This document shows positions 48,085 to 58,135 of a stretch of 64,000 nucleotides of DNA, piece by piece. The stretch covers positions 396,485-460,484 of the forward strand of contig SVLQ01000001.1 of assembly GCA_015067825.1 (NCBI GenBank), given 5' to 3'. This DNA is from Oscillospiraceae bacterium. Its GTDB lineage: Bacteria; Bacillota; Clostridia; Oscillospirales; QAMX01. Position numbers and translations under genes: made by a program. How positions within the stretch are numbered: position 1 is the stretch's first letter; each line of letters starts with the position of its first letter. The notes beneath the pieces were generated by a model. The model searched no databases and was not told where the DNA came from. It saw only the letters and a list, made by a program, of their open reading frames with translations.

Positions 48085-49734
48085 TTACTTTCCTTTGCTG
48101 TCGCGCAGCGTAACGATGCGGTTAAAGCTGCCGGGATACTTGGAGTCGGCGCAGAAATAACCAAGGCGGACAAACTGGAATTTTTCGCCCGGAGCAGCGT
48201 CTTTCAAGCTCGGTTCGACCTTGCAGCCTTCCATTTTGGTCAGCGAATCGTGGTTGATATAGTCGGAATACGTCTTGTCTTCGGGCATATCGCTGACGTT
48301 TTCGAGGGTAAAGAGGCGGTCGTAGAGGCGGATATCGCAGGTCTCGGCGGTTTCGGCGTCGAGCCAATGGATCGTGCCCTTGACCTTGCGGCCATCGACC
48401 GGGTTGCCGTTGCCGGTTTCGAGGTCGGCCGTGCAGTAGATCTTGGTGACCTTGCCGGTCTCGTCGATCTCGACTTCGTTGCACTTGACGATATATGCGC
48501 CCATCAGACGCACCTCGCCGTCTTTCTTCATGCGGAAGAACTTCGGCGGCGGAACGAGCGCGAAGTCTTCGCGGTCGATCAGAATGTGCTTGGAGAAGCG
48601 CACCTTGCGCGTACCGGCGTCTTCGGCGTTCGGGTTGTTGGCAATTTCAAAGAACTCTTCTTTGTCTTCGGGGTAATTGGTGATCTCGACCTCGACCGGA
48701 TCGAGGATCGCGATGCGGCGCAGCGCCGTAGCGTTGAGTTCTTCACGGATGCAGAACTCGAGAAGACCGATATCGACGAGCGAATAGGCCTTGGCAACGC
48801 CGGCACGCTTGACGAATTCCAGGATCGACGACGGCGTATAGCCGCGGCGGCGCAGACCGCAGAGGGTCGGCATACGCGGATCGTCCCAGCCGTCGACGAC
48901 GCCGGTCTCGACCATTTCACGCAGGTAGCGCTTGCTCATGAACGTATTGGTGACGTTCAGGCGGGCAAATTCGTACTGATGCGGATGGTTTTCGACACCG
49001 GTGTTGGCAACGACCCAGTCGTAGAGCGGACGGTGGTTTTCGAATTCGATCGAGCAGAGCGAATGGGTAATGCCTTCGATCGAGTCCTGGATCGGATGGG
49101 CATAGTCGTAGAGCGGATAAATGCACCACTTGTCGCCCTGACGATGGTGCGAACGGTGGAGAATGCGGTAGATGGCCGGGTCGCGCATATTCATGTTGGG
49201 GCTGGCCATGTCGATCTTGGCGCGCAGCGTTTTCGTGCCGTCGGCGAATTCGCCGTTCTTCATGCGCTCAAAGAGGTCGAGGTTTTCTTCGACGCTGCGG
49301 TTACGATACGGGCTTTCCTTGCCCGGCTCGGTCAGCGTGCCGCGGTATTCGCGCATTTCGTCGGCGTTTAAATCGCAGACGTAGGCGAGACCTTTTTTGA
49401 TCAGGCCGATGGCGAGCTCATAGCACTTATCGAAATAGTCCGAGCCGTAGAAGATGTTGTCCGGTTTGGCACCGAGCCAACAGAGATCTTCGTAGATCGA
49501 GCGGACGTATTCGTCGTCTTCCTTGACCGGGTTCGTATCGTCGTAGCGGAGATTGAATTTGCCGCCGTATTTTTTAGCGGTGCTGTGGTTGATCCAGATA
49601 GCTTTGGCGCTGCCGATGTGCAGGTAGCCGTTGGGTTCGGGCGGGAAACGCGTATGGACGTGGTTTTCGCGGCCTTCGGCGAGGTCAGCGTCGATGATAT
49701 CGTGGATAAAATTAGAGTTGGTCGTAGTTTCCAT
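48085..49734 (-). CDS. glnS: Glutamine--tRNA ligase
   Basis: TRFPPEPNGYLHIGSAKAI (HIGH) and FMSKRYL (KMSKS-like). Length and C-terminal anticodon-binding barrels are typical of GlnRS. Confidence 0.95.
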   Translation of the reverse strand: METTTNSNFIHDIIDADLAEGRENHVHTRFPPEPNGYLHIGSAKAIWINHSTAKKYGGKFNLRYDDTNPVKEDDEYVRSIYEDLCWLGAKPDNIFYGSDYFDKCYELAIGLIKKGLAYVCDLNADEMREYRGTLTEPGKESPYRNRSVEENLDLFERMKNGEFADGTKTLRAKIDMASPNMNMRDPAIYRILHRSHHRQGDKWCIYPLYDYAHPIQDSIEGITHSLCSIEFENHRPLYDWVVANTGVENHPHQYEFARLNVTNTFMSKRYLREMVETGVVDGWDDPRMPTLCGLRRRGYTPSSILEFVKRAGVAKAYSLVDIGLLEFCIREELNATALRRIAILDPVEVEITNYPEDKEEFFEIANNPNAEDAGTRKVRFSKHILIDREDFALVPPPKFFRMKKDGEVRLMGAYIVKCNEVEIDETGKVTKIYCTADLETGNGNPVDGRKVKGTIHWLDAETAETCDIRLYDRLFTLENVSDMPEDKTYSDYINHDSLTKMEGCKVEPSLKDAAPGEKFQFVRLGYFCADSKYPGSFNRIVTLRDSKGK

Positions 49735-49747
49735 TGTTTTTCAGTCC

Positions 49748-51391
49748 TTATCTTTCGATCATAGCATTCAGGCGGGCAACGACACGATCCTTGCCCAGAA
49801 TTTTCATCACTTCGTAGAGATCCGGCGAGTTCTGTCGGCCGGTGACGGCGACGCGCAGCACCATGCTGATATCGCCGACGTGGCCCTTGTAGCTTTCGGG
49901 GTTCTTTTTAAAGAGCTTCGTTTCGGGCGCGTAGCCGAGGTTGGCGGCGATCTGCTTCATCTTGTCGAACCAAACGGTCTGCTCGTCGGCCTCGTTGTAG
50001 CCCGCGGCAAACTGCTGGCAGATCGCCTTGGCATCGTCGGCCGAAACCGCCGCCGGCAGCGTGTATTCCGGAGCAAAGAGGCTGTCGTAGAAGAAGGAGA
50101 CGTAGTCTTTGGTATCCTTCCAGAGTGTCAGGTCCTTGCGCGGCTTGTTGCCGCCGCGGCCGATGGCAAAGATCGATTTGGCATAGGCCGGATCAGCCGC
50201 GAGGATGGCGGCGTAGTCGGCGTCGTTTTCATTCGCCCACGCCAGCGTATTTTCGTACACCTCGTCGGCGTTCATGCGGGAGATGACGTTTTTGGAGATA
50301 TCGTTTAATTTATCGAGGTCGAAGATCGAGCCGGAAACGCCCATCTTCTTCAGCGAGAACTTAAAACTCTCCATGTCGGCGGTTGGATTGGCGATGCGCC
50401 ATTCTTCAAAGTTGGAGTTTTGGATCGTCAGCAGATATTCGCGGACGGCGGCCACCGGATAGCCCTCGGCGTGGTAGAAGGTCAGGGCAAATTCGGGGTC
50501 CTTGCGCTTGGAGATCTTGCGCTTGTTGCCTTCGTCGAGCTTCAGAACCTGCGCGGTGTGGCAGTACTTCGGCAGCTTGAAGCCGAGCGCCTTGAAGAGC
50601 TGGATGTGGAACGGCAGTGTAGAGAGCCAGCTTTCGTCGCGGATGACGTGCGTGGTGCGCATCAGGTGATCGTCGACGGCGTGGGCAAAGTGGTAGGTGG
50701 GGATACCGTCGCTCTTGAGAATGACGTGGTCAATGTCGTTTTCGGTGACGTTGATGACGCCCTTGATCTCATCGGTGAACTTGAACTTATTTTCGACGTT
50801 GCCGTCCGAATGGAAGCGGAGCACGAACGGCGCGCCTTCAGCGAGCTTTTCCAGGATCTTTTCCAGCGGAGCATCGCGCCACGGCGCAAATTCGCCGTAG
50901 TAGCCCGGCGTGAGCTTCAGTTCTTCCTGTTTGGCGCGGTTGGCATCGAGCTCTTCCTCCGTGCAGAAGCAGGGGTAGGCCTTACCTTCGCGGACGAGCT
51001 GTTTGGCGTAGGTCTGGTAGATCTCCGCGCGTTCGCTCTGGCGGTACGGGCCGTAGTCGCCCTTGTCACCGTCTTTGACCGCGCCTTCGTCGAAGTGCAC
51101 GCCGAGCTTGGCGAGCGTTTCGATGATCAGCTCAACGCCGTTTTCGACGGTACGCTTGGCGTCGGTATCTTCGATGCGGAGGTAGAAAACGCCGTCGGTC
51201 GTATGGGCAAGACGCTCATCGGCGAACGCGCCGTAGAGGTTGCCGATATGGAGAAAGCCCGTGGGCGACGGAGCAAAACGCGTAACCTTGGCGCCTTCGG
51301 GAAGTTGGCGCGGCGGATAACGCTTTTCCATGTCTTCGGGAAGCGTTTTGATATGCGGATAAAGCAGTTCTGCAAGCAGTTGATAGTCCAT
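49748..51391 (-). CDS. gltX: Glutamate--tRNA ligase
   Basis: TRFAPSPTGFLHIGN (HIGH) and KISKRK (KMSKS). Confidence 0.95.
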   Translation of the reverse strand: MDYQLLAELLYPHIKTLPEDMEKRYPPRQLPEGAKVTRFAPSPTGFLHIGNLYGAFADERLAHTTDGVFYLRIEDTDAKRTVENGVELIIETLAKLGVHFDEGAVKDGDKGDYGPYRQSERAEIYQTYAKQLVREGKAYPCFCTEEELDANRAKQEELKLTPGYYGEFAPWRDAPLEKILEKLAEGAPFVLRFHSDGNVENKFKFTDEIKGVINVTENDIDHVILKSDGIPTYHFAHAVDDHLMRTTHVIRDESWLSTLPFHIQLFKALGFKLPKYCHTAQVLKLDEGNKRKISKRKDPEFALTFYHAEGYPVAAVREYLLTIQNSNFEEWRIANPTADMESFKFSLKKMGVSGSIFDLDKLNDISKNVISRMNADEVYENTLAWANENDADYAAILAADPAYAKSIFAIGRGGNKPRKDLTLWKDTKDYVSFFYDSLFAPEYTLPAAVSADDAKAICQQFAAGYNEADEQTVWFDKMKQIAANLGYAPETKLFKKNPESYKGHVGDISMVLRVAVTGRQNSPDLYEVMKILGKDRVVARLNAMIER

Positions 51392-51493
51392 GACAGGCTC
51401 CTTTTGTATCGTGGATTTCCGGCGATTCGGTTGGGTGGAATCAGCCGAATCCCGAAATTTGCGTATACTGATTGATTCTAATTTATCTTATAG

Positions 51494-51522
51494 ATTATAG
51501 CACAAATCCGCTGGAAAATCAA
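51494..51522 (-). promoter_or_regulatory. Sigma-A-type promoter of the gltX-led operon
   Basis: The minus strand reads TTGATT (51522-51517), 17-nt spacer ending in TGC, TATAAT (51499-51494). Confidence 0.6.
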
Positions 51523-51548
51523 CAGGAAAAAGAAAAACAACGCGCCAC

Positions 51549-51593
51549 AAAACAAAACGTGCCGCCGGCAAGCAAGCAGCTCGCCGGCGGCAC
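51549..51593 (-). terminator. Terminator of the GH78-like gene
   Basis: GTGCCGCCGGC (51559-51569) pairs with GCCGGCGGCAC (51583-51593). The minus strand continues GTTTTGTTTT. Confidence 0.8.
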
Positions 51594-51608
51594 GAAAATT
51601 CAATTCGA

Positions 51609-53720
51609 TCAGACACCCAAAACGTCGCGCAGAAGAACCGCGATATACGAAGCAAAACCGTGGTTACAGCTGGCGACCTCGCCGTCATGCTCCCAGAGTG
51701 TGCCGGTTTTGTCGGCCATGTGCAGGAAGTACCCGCGGATCTCCTCGGTCAGTTTTTCTTTCATGCCGTAGCGGCGGAGCAGATCGAGGCGGAGATAATT
51801 GCCGATGAACGAATTGGCAAAGTGGATCTTTGGGTGGCGGTTATCGGCTTTGCGGTGCGGGCCGAAATCGGTCATGAGGATGCGCCAGAGTTCCGGATGG
51901 GTCTCGGGCGTGGCCACGTTCATAAAGAAGGCGTAATACTGGCAGGCCTCGGTGCATTCGCCCGAAAGCTCCAGACTGCCATCGGCGCGGCGGTAGGAGT
52001 TATCGCAGAAGAAACCGTTGACCACCGTGTTTTCACGGATATAGGCCTCAATTTTTTCAGCTTCGGCGATCAGCGATGCATCGCCGTAGATCGCAGCGAC
52101 CGCACGCTTGACGCGGGCATAGAGCATATTCGTGGGATAGCTGATATCCTGCACCAGATCGTTGGCCTTCGACCACTCGACGAACACCCACGCATCCAGT
52201 TTTTCCAGCAGACCGTCGGCGTTTTCGTAGCGGCGCAGGAAATCCATCAGCCCCATAACGCGGCTTTTGGCCTGTTCGGCAAAGGCGCGGTTCCCGGTAA
52301 AGGCGAGATACTCCTCCAGTTCCATCACGTACCACATCGCCCAGTTCGGGATGTACAGATGGTCGGTATGGTCGGAGGGATAGCACATGGGGAGCATGCC
52401 GTCGGGCAGATCGGGATCGGTCGGATGGGCGACGAAGTTCCAGAGGAAACAATCCTCCACCTCAGTCTTTCCGGTGAGCGCACGCTCGACGCGGGCGGTG
52501 AAGAAGCTGTCGCAGAGCCAACCGGCGCGTTCACGCGAGGGACAATCCATAAACACGTCGTAGGTGTTTTGGCGGAAGGTCTCGACGGCGGCATCGTAGA
52601 TGCGCCCAAGCTCGGCATCGGCGATCTGCGGACGGTCCGGCAGCGCATAGAAGCTCACACGGCGCAGGCAAATTTCGTCGATGCGCACGCTCCCCTTGCG
52701 GCAGACCGCACGGAGATATTTGAAGACGTAGGGTTCCTGGGTAAGCAGGTGGTAACTGCCGGGTTCGGCATCGATGCGGATCACGTTGGCGCAGTTCAGG
52801 CGCAGAAAATCCACGGTCTCGTTGTTATAGATCTCGTCAAAGAGAAGCAGCAGCTCGCAGGCTTCGGTAACGGTAAAGCGCAGCTCGATCAGGCCGGTCA
52901 GATTGCAGCGCCACGCGAGGTCGGCAAAGCGGTCGGCGGTCAGATCAGCAGGCTTCCACGGTATGGCGGTGCGGTCGGTCTTGGCAAACGCGAGCGACCG
53001 CGCTTCGTCGAGGCAGCGGTATTCCAGTTCGTCTTCGGCAAAACAATCGAGGATCTCGCTCTTTTTATGTTCGCGGCTGCGGTAAAGCGGCTGTTCCACG
53101 CCATCGCTGACCGTGCCGCTTCCGAGAATCTGCTGCGGTTCTTCCACCGAAAACTCCGGCAGAAAAAGCGAACGCGGGATAAAGGTCTTATCCGCCTGCA
53201 CCGCCAACGTCACGCTGCGATGGCCGGATTCCGCCGGGGAAACGTCAAACAGGCCGTAGCGCGCATCCAGACGGTAAGCCTCGGAGAAATTTCGCTGGAA
53301 GGAATAGCGGAACACCTTCTGCACCCGCTCGTCCAGCGCAACACAGCCAAATCCCCCGTCGCAAACGTCCGTAAAGCGCACGACTTCCCCACCCTGCACG
53401 ACCTCGGCACACAAGAATCCGGGGACGTCCAGGAACGAAAAGCTGTTGCAGTTATAGGCGGAAAGACGCACCGTGAGCACGTTTTCGCCTGTTTTGAGAT
53501 AGTTTCCGATCGGCAGCTCGTCCACGCGGTAGTAACCGTGCGCCGCTCTGGCCGGGCCGGTGAAGATAAATTCGCCGTTGACCGCCACGGAATAGACCGA
53601 AGAACCGGCAATTTTCAGGATCGTGTCGGCATTGTAGGGCAATTTGGTGTAAAACCCGTAAAAGGTATTCATTTCGGTTTCTTTGCCCGCTTCAAAAACA
53701 GGCAGAGCACGTTTAAACAT
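51609..53720 (-). CDS. GH78-like glycoside hydrolase (alpha-L-rhamnosidase six-hairpin domain family)
   Basis: DCPSRERAGWLCDSFF matches the D-x-P-x-RER-x-GW-x-D motif of the rhamnosidase catalytic domain. No signal peptide. Start taken at ATG 53720 (GGAG 9 nt upstream); the track start is 53741. Confidence 0.7.
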   Translation of the reverse strand: MFKRALPVFEAGKETEMNTFYGFYTKLPYNADTILKIAGSSVYSVAVNGEFIFTGPARAAHGYYRVDELPIGNYLKTGENVLTVRLSAYNCNSFSFLDVPGFLCAEVVQGGEVVRFTDVCDGGFGCVALDERVQKVFRYSFQRNFSEAYRLDARYGLFDVSPAESGHRSVTLAVQADKTFIPRSLFLPEFSVEEPQQILGSGTVSDGVEQPLYRSREHKKSEILDCFAEDELEYRCLDEARSLAFAKTDRTAIPWKPADLTADRFADLAWRCNLTGLIELRFTVTEACELLLLFDEIYNNETVDFLRLNCANVIRIDAEPGSYHLLTQEPYVFKYLRAVCRKGSVRIDEICLRRVSFYALPDRPQIADAELGRIYDAAVETFRQNTYDVFMDCPSRERAGWLCDSFFTARVERALTGKTEVEDCFLWNFVAHPTDPDLPDGMLPMCYPSDHTDHLYIPNWAMWYVMELEEYLAFTGNRAFAEQAKSRVMGLMDFLRRYENADGLLEKLDAWVFVEWSKANDLVQDISYPTNMLYARVKRAVAAIYGDASLIAEAEKIEAYIRENTVVNGFFCDNSYRRADGSLELSGECTEACQYYAFFMNVATPETHPELWRILMTDFGPHRKADNRHPKIHFANSFIGNYLRLDLLRRYGMKEKLTEEIRGYFLHMADKTGTLWEHDGEVASCNHGFASYIAVLLRDVLGV

Positions 53721-53824
53721 CCGCATCATCTCCATTATCATTTTCGCTGATTTCTAAATTCATCATATCACAAAACCGGAAATTTCGCAAGTGGCTGTTT
53801 TCGGTTTTCAAACCGCACCGCTAC

Positions 53825-53853
53825 TTGCAATCACCGGACAGAGGTGATATAAT
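53825..53853 (+). promoter_or_regulatory. Sigma-A-type promoter of the EamA transporter gene
   Basis: TTGCAA (53825-53830), 17-nt spacer, TATAAT (53848-53853). Confidence 0.55.
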
Positions 53854-53880
53854 TGTGATCAAAACAAACCGTTTTCAGAG

Positions 53881-54810
53881 GTGCTTGCATTGAAGCTCAA
53901 CCACTCGTCCGCAGCAAAAAACTATCTCTTTGCGATCATAACCGTACTCATCTGGTCGACGATGGCCGCAACGGTCAAAAAGATGCTGTTCGATATCCCC
54001 AATCTGGAAGCACTTTCCGTCAGCAGTATATTTGCGGCACTTTTTCTTTTCATCGTCAACATAAAAACCGGCGCGATCAGAAAAGCGAAAACCTACTCCG
54101 CCAAAGACTACGGGATCATGAGCGGGCTCGGGTTCCTCGGCTTGTTCCTCTACTCCGCCCTCTATTATTACGGGCTCGCGCAGCTCACCTCGCAGGACGC
54201 GTGCATATTAAATTACCTTTGGCCAATGATGCTGGTGGTCTTCTCGTGCATCATTCTGAAAGAAAAACTGACGCTCTCGAAAGTACTCGCCATGCTCTGC
54301 TCGTTTGGCGGGATCATCGTTCTCTCGCTCGGAAACGAGGGGCTTACCGCCGGAAATACGACTTTGGGCATGATCGCCTGCATTGTTGCGGCAGCTTGCT
54401 ACGGGTTGTTCTCGGTTCTGAACAAAAAGGCCGATTACCATCAGGGGATCTCGATGATGGTCACTTGGCTGGTCGTTGCGGTCTGCGCCTTGGCGCTTGG
54501 GCTGCTGACCGAAACGTGGGTGCCGATCCGAGGAAGCCAATGGCTCGGCATTTTGTGGCTGGGGATCGCAACCGACGCGGTGGCGTATCTGCTGTGGGCG
54601 CTCGCTTTGAAGGGCGTTGAAAACACGGCAAAGATCGCAAATTTAGCGTATCTGACGCCGTTTTTATCCCTGCTCGTATCGGCTCTCGTTTTGAAAGAAG
54701 CGATCAAGCTCCAAGCTCTCACAGCGCTCGTTTTGATCATCGGCGGCATCTTGCTGCAAAATTTTTGGGATTCTAAAAAAACACAGAAAGAAAAAGGAAT
54801 AAAGGAATAG
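53881..54810 (+). CDS. DMT-superfamily (EamA) transporter
   Basis: Ten TM helices in two EamA halves. The start is uncertain: GTG 53881 or the in-frame TTG 53890 after GAGGTG. Confidence 0.85.
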   Translation: MLALKLNHSSAAKNYLFAIITVLIWSTMAATVKKMLFDIPNLEALSVSSIFAALFLFIVNIKTGAIRKAKTYSAKDYGIMSGLGFLGLFLYSALYYYGLAQLTSQDACILNYLWPMMLVVFSCIILKEKLTLSKVLAMLCSFGGIIVLSLGNEGLTAGNTTLGMIACIVAAACYGLFSVLNKKADYHQGISMMVTWLVVAVCALALGLLTETWVPIRGSQWLGILWLGIATDAVAYLLWALALKGVENTAKIANLAYLTPFLSLLVSALVLKEAIKLQALTALVLIIGGILLQNFWDSKKTQKEKGIKE

Positions 54811-54823
54811 TTGAGGAACGCAG

Positions 54824-55363
54824 ATGAAGATCATTGCAATTGCCGCCGTGACGGCGGGCGGAAAAACGACGATCGTCAACGAACTGAAGAAACGGCTCCC
54901 AAATACCCTATCGCTCCATTTCGACGACTATTCGTTTGTGGGCGAGGTAGATGATTTCCACGCTTGGGTAACCGAGGGCGCAGACTACAACGTCTGGGAT
55001 CTGGCTCCGCTGATCAGCGATATCGAAAAAGTGAAGGACGAAGCAAATCCCGATTATCTGCTGCTCGATTACCCGTTTGCCTATTGCCACGACGAAATGC
55101 GCCGATATATCGACTGCGCCATCTTCATCGACACGCCGTTGGATATCGCCATGGCGAGAAGGATCCTGCGAGACCGGAAAGATGCTTCCGGAGACGAGAT
55201 CAGAGAAGATCTGGAGATGTATCTGAAATACGCGCGGATCGCTTACGTGCAAATGCTTGAGGATATTCTGCCGTCGTCGGACTACGTGATCGACGGAACA
55301 AAAGAACTCGGGGAAAAGGTAGATGAGATCGCAAAGATCATATTGGCATTAGGCACCAATTAA
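54824..55363 (+). CDS. P-loop kinase of the uridine-kinase/PRK fold (substrate unknown)
   Basis: P-loop AVTAGGKTT and the Udk-like FIDTPLDIAMARRILRD lid motif. RBS GAGGAA. Confidence 0.7.
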   Translation: MKIIAIAAVTAGGKTTIVNELKKRLPNTLSLHFDDYSFVGEVDDFHAWVTEGADYNVWDLAPLISDIEKVKDEANPDYLLLDYPFAYCHDEMRRYIDCAIFIDTPLDIAMARRILRDRKDASGDEIREDLEMYLKYARIAYVQMLEDILPSSDYVIDGTKELGEKVDEIAKIILALGTN

Positions 55364-55504
55364 TTACCACAGAATATCATTTCAGAACCGTTTGGTGAGG
55401 CTTTGGTTTGGATCGTTGGGGATTCGCCTTTGTTTTTCAGTTTGCTTCAAGCCAAAAAAATCAGCCTAACATAATACGGTCTGCTATTTCATGGAGGGTT
55501 GGAA

Positions 55505-56065
55505 ATGACTTATGTTATCGGAATTGCCGGCGGCACGGCCAGCGGAAAAACTACATTTACCAAGACTCTGGAAGCCGCGTTGGAGGGCTATGCGCTTAAA
55601 GTCATACATATGGATTCGTATTTTAAGCCGCGAGAAGAACGTCCATATTCCAAGGCACCGATCACCGGCAAAATGTATGTCGATGACAACCATCCCTTAA
55701 CGATGGATTTACCCAAATTGGCGGGAGAACTGCGCGATTGGAAAGCGTCGGGTGAATTTGACGTTATGATTGTAGAGGGTTTGCTCACGCTATGGGAGGA
55801 AACGATCGAAAGTCAACTGGATCTGCGTTTGTTTGTGGACTGTCGGGATGATGAACGGACTGTGCGCAGAATCAAACGGCATATGAACTGGGGGCAGAGC
55901 TTCGACGAGATCACAAGTGTTTATCTCGATCTGGTTCGCTACCGCCACGACGAATATGTCGCGCCGTCCAAATGGAAAGCCGACTTTTTCCTAAACGGCT
56001 CCAATCCTTCGGAACTTGCATTAGAAAGTATCAAGGCACTGGTCGATAAAAAACTTAAGAAATAG
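55505..56065 (+). CDS. Uridine-kinase-family protein
   Basis: IGIAGGTASGKTT P-loop, MDSYF, IVEGLL, and FVDCRDDERTVRRIKR. The ATG at 55505 lies 6 nt after GGAGGG. Confidence 0.8.
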   Translation: MTYVIGIAGGTASGKTTFTKTLEAALEGYALKVIHMDSYFKPREERPYSKAPITGKMYVDDNHPLTMDLPKLAGELRDWKASGEFDVMIVEGLLTLWEETIESQLDLRLFVDCRDDERTVRRIKRHMNWGQSFDEITSVYLDLVRYRHDEYVAPSKWKADFFLNGSNPSELALESIKALVDKKLKK

Positions 56066-56142
56066 GAAGCCACAGAGGATGTATCGGATCAGATGCTCGT
56101 TGTTTATCTGCTGGTCAAGATTGTAGACTTGGGGAGATCGCG

Positions 56143-57096
56143 ATGAATAAAGAATCTTTTTTGTTTAGAGAAGTGACCCGTGAAGATATCCGCAATATTA
56201 CGGCGAGCGCATTGTGCTATACAGGTACGTTCGAGTACAGCCTATTAGACGGAGGTTTGTTTAATACGACATATTTGGTGACTTGTGAAGATACTGCCAA
56301 GTACGTCCTGCGCTTAGGCCCTGTCAATCGGCATTTGATTCTCGAATTCGAACATAATCTGATGAATGCTGAATGCCACGTTTACAGTTTGTGCAGAGAA
56401 AATGGGATTCCCTGTTCAGAGGTTGTGTGCTGCGACACCTCTAAAACGATCATAGATCGAGACTTTATGATTGTAAAATACATTAATGGTGATTCTCTGT
56501 GCGGAGCAAAAATTGCAGAGGAAGAGAAACGCAGCATCTACCGCGAAGTCGGGAAATACACGAAAATACTCCACTCAATTAAAAACAACTGTTTTGGGAG
56601 AGTTTCGGAAGTATTGCAAGGAACAAAATTCGATTCGTGGGCAGAATATCTTTTATTTGAAGTGAGATCTATTCTGAATCAAGGTAAGACGGTTGGGTTG
56701 TGGGATCAAGCGTATCAAAATCGTATAGAACAGATCTTTATCGATCACCGCGAGCTCCTAAACAAAGTTACGTGCGCATCTTTGATTCATACGGATTTAT
56801 GGGAAGGAAATGTGTTGGCAAGGGACGGAAAGTGTCTTGCTATCATTGATCCCGACAGGGCAATCTACGGTGATATCGAGATGGAATTTGCAAGTCCATG
56901 GATGATCACCGATGATTTTCTGTTCGGCTATGGAGCAATTAACCACAGTCCGGAATGGGGTAAAAAGCAAAAGATATATAAGATTTTCTTTTATCTGATC
57001 GATGCTTATGTTTGGAAATGTGAATACGGACAGCCCAAACGAACAAAAGAACTACTGGATAAAATCGAGAACATACAAGCATCAATGGTGGAGTAA
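56143..57096 (+). CDS. Aminoglycoside-phosphotransferase-fold (APH/choline-kinase family) kinase
   Basis: Brenner motif LIHTDLWEGNVL followed by IIDPDRAIYGD. Low GC (21 of 60 in line 56461-56520). Confidence 0.85.
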   Translation: MNKESFLFREVTREDIRNITASALCYTGTFEYSLLDGGLFNTTYLVTCEDTAKYVLRLGPVNRHLILEFEHNLMNAECHVYSLCRENGIPCSEVVCCDTSKTIIDRDFMIVKYINGDSLCGAKIAEEEKRSIYREVGKYTKILHSIKNNCFGRVSEVLQGTKFDSWAEYLLFEVRSILNQGKTVGLWDQAYQNRIEQIFIDHRELLNKVTCASLIHTDLWEGNVLARDGKCLAIIDPDRAIYGDIEMEFASPWMITDDFLFGYGAINHSPEWGKKQKIYKIFFYLIDAYVWKCEYGQPKRTKELLDKIENIQASMVE

Positions 57097-57145
57097 GTAC
57101 ACAAAACTGCCTCCACCTAGTTCCCGTTTATCTATCAAGCTCCAT

Positions 57146-57185
57146 AAAAACGCCGCCGGAGATTTTTTCTCCGGCGGCATTTTTC
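57146..57185. terminator. Bidirectional terminator between convergent genes
   Basis: GCCGCCGGAGA (57152-57162) pairs with TCTCCGGCGGC (57168-57178), with an A-run before and a T-run after. Confidence 0.8.
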
Positions 57186-58107
57186 ATCCGATAAATTCCT
57201 GGATCAAGCTGTCTTTAGGGATCCGTTCTTCCGCGATCGGCGGCAGATCGTAGAGACGGGCAAAAATGGCGGCGATCTCGGCGTATTCTTCCCCGAGCGG
57301 GTGATTTTTTAGCGCTTCCGCCAGCTGATAGCCGTAGAGAAACGGCTCGTAGGCGTGGGCGGTGTCGATCTTGAAATCGGCGGTTTCGCGGTGCGGATGG
57401 ATATAGCGCTCTTCGCCCATGCGGATATAACGCCACATCCCGACCGTTTCGTTTGCATCGGTGTTCCGGTGCGTCACGTCGCGGAGCATCCGGCGGGCCA
57501 GACGCAATAGTTTTGCCGGCAACACGACTTCGCCGTCGGCGCAGAAATCGCTGTGCGTGCTGATATACACCCGCAGGCAGCGATTTTCCGAAAACGCAGC
57601 GGCCACGAGCGGATTCAGCGCGTGCAGGCCTTCGACGATCAGCACGTCCCCTGCCCTGTGCTCGATCACAAACGGTTCGGCGTTGCCGCCGGTCTTGAAA
57701 TCGAAGACCGGGAATTCGGCGCGGCCTTCGGTGTGAAGCGTTTTGCACAAACGGGAAAAGAGGGCGATATCGAGGCAATCGATGCTCTCGAAGTTGATCG
57801 TGCCGTCTTCCCAGTAGGGCATTTTGCTGTTGGGTAGGTAGAAATCGTCGAGCGAGATGCGCGCGACGCGTTTTCCCGCCGCCGCAAGACGGCGCAAAAG
57901 CCGATCCGAGGTCGTGGTCTTCCCCGCTGCCGACGGACCGCAGAGCAGGATCACGTCGCAGTTACGCTCAAGGCAAGCGGATGCGACCGCGTCGATATTG
58001 GCGTGGTAATTCTCCTCCGCCGCGCCGATCACCGCGAGCGGATCGGATGCGAGAAGTGCGGCAACGGTTGGCAGAGAGATGCAGTTTTTGTGTTCGCTGT
58101 AATGCAT
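57184..58107 (-). CDS. Uridine-kinase/PRK-fold nucleoside kinase-like protein with an N-terminal extension
   Basis: P-loop GPSAAGKTTT, LDDFY, IVEGLHALN, and LARRMLRD lid. RBS AAAGGAG. Confidence 0.75.
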   Translation of the reverse strand: MHYSEHKNCISLPTVAALLASDPLAVIGAAEENYHANIDAVASACLERNCDVILLCGPSAAGKTTTSDRLLRRLAAAGKRVARISLDDFYLPNSKMPYWEDGTINFESIDCLDIALFSRLCKTLHTEGRAEFPVFDFKTGGNAEPFVIEHRAGDVLIVEGLHALNPLVAAAFSENRCLRVYISTHSDFCADGEVVLPAKLLRLARRMLRDVTHRNTDANETVGMWRYIRMGEERYIHPHRETADFKIDTAHAYEPFLYGYQLAEALKNHPLGEEYAEIAAIFARLYDLPPIAEERIPKDSLIQEFIG

Positions 58108-58135
58108 ATGGGACTCCTTTGGGAAAAGCAGCGGC

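Noticed and set aside
51392-51493. Looked for a T-box leader upstream of gltX-glnS.
   Set aside because: The leader between the predicted -10 (51494-51499) and the ATG is only about 95 nt. It lacks the conserved T-box sequence (GGTGGTACCGCG-like) and a terminator/antiterminator pair. Only one imperfect hairpin is present (GATTCGG...CCGAATC).
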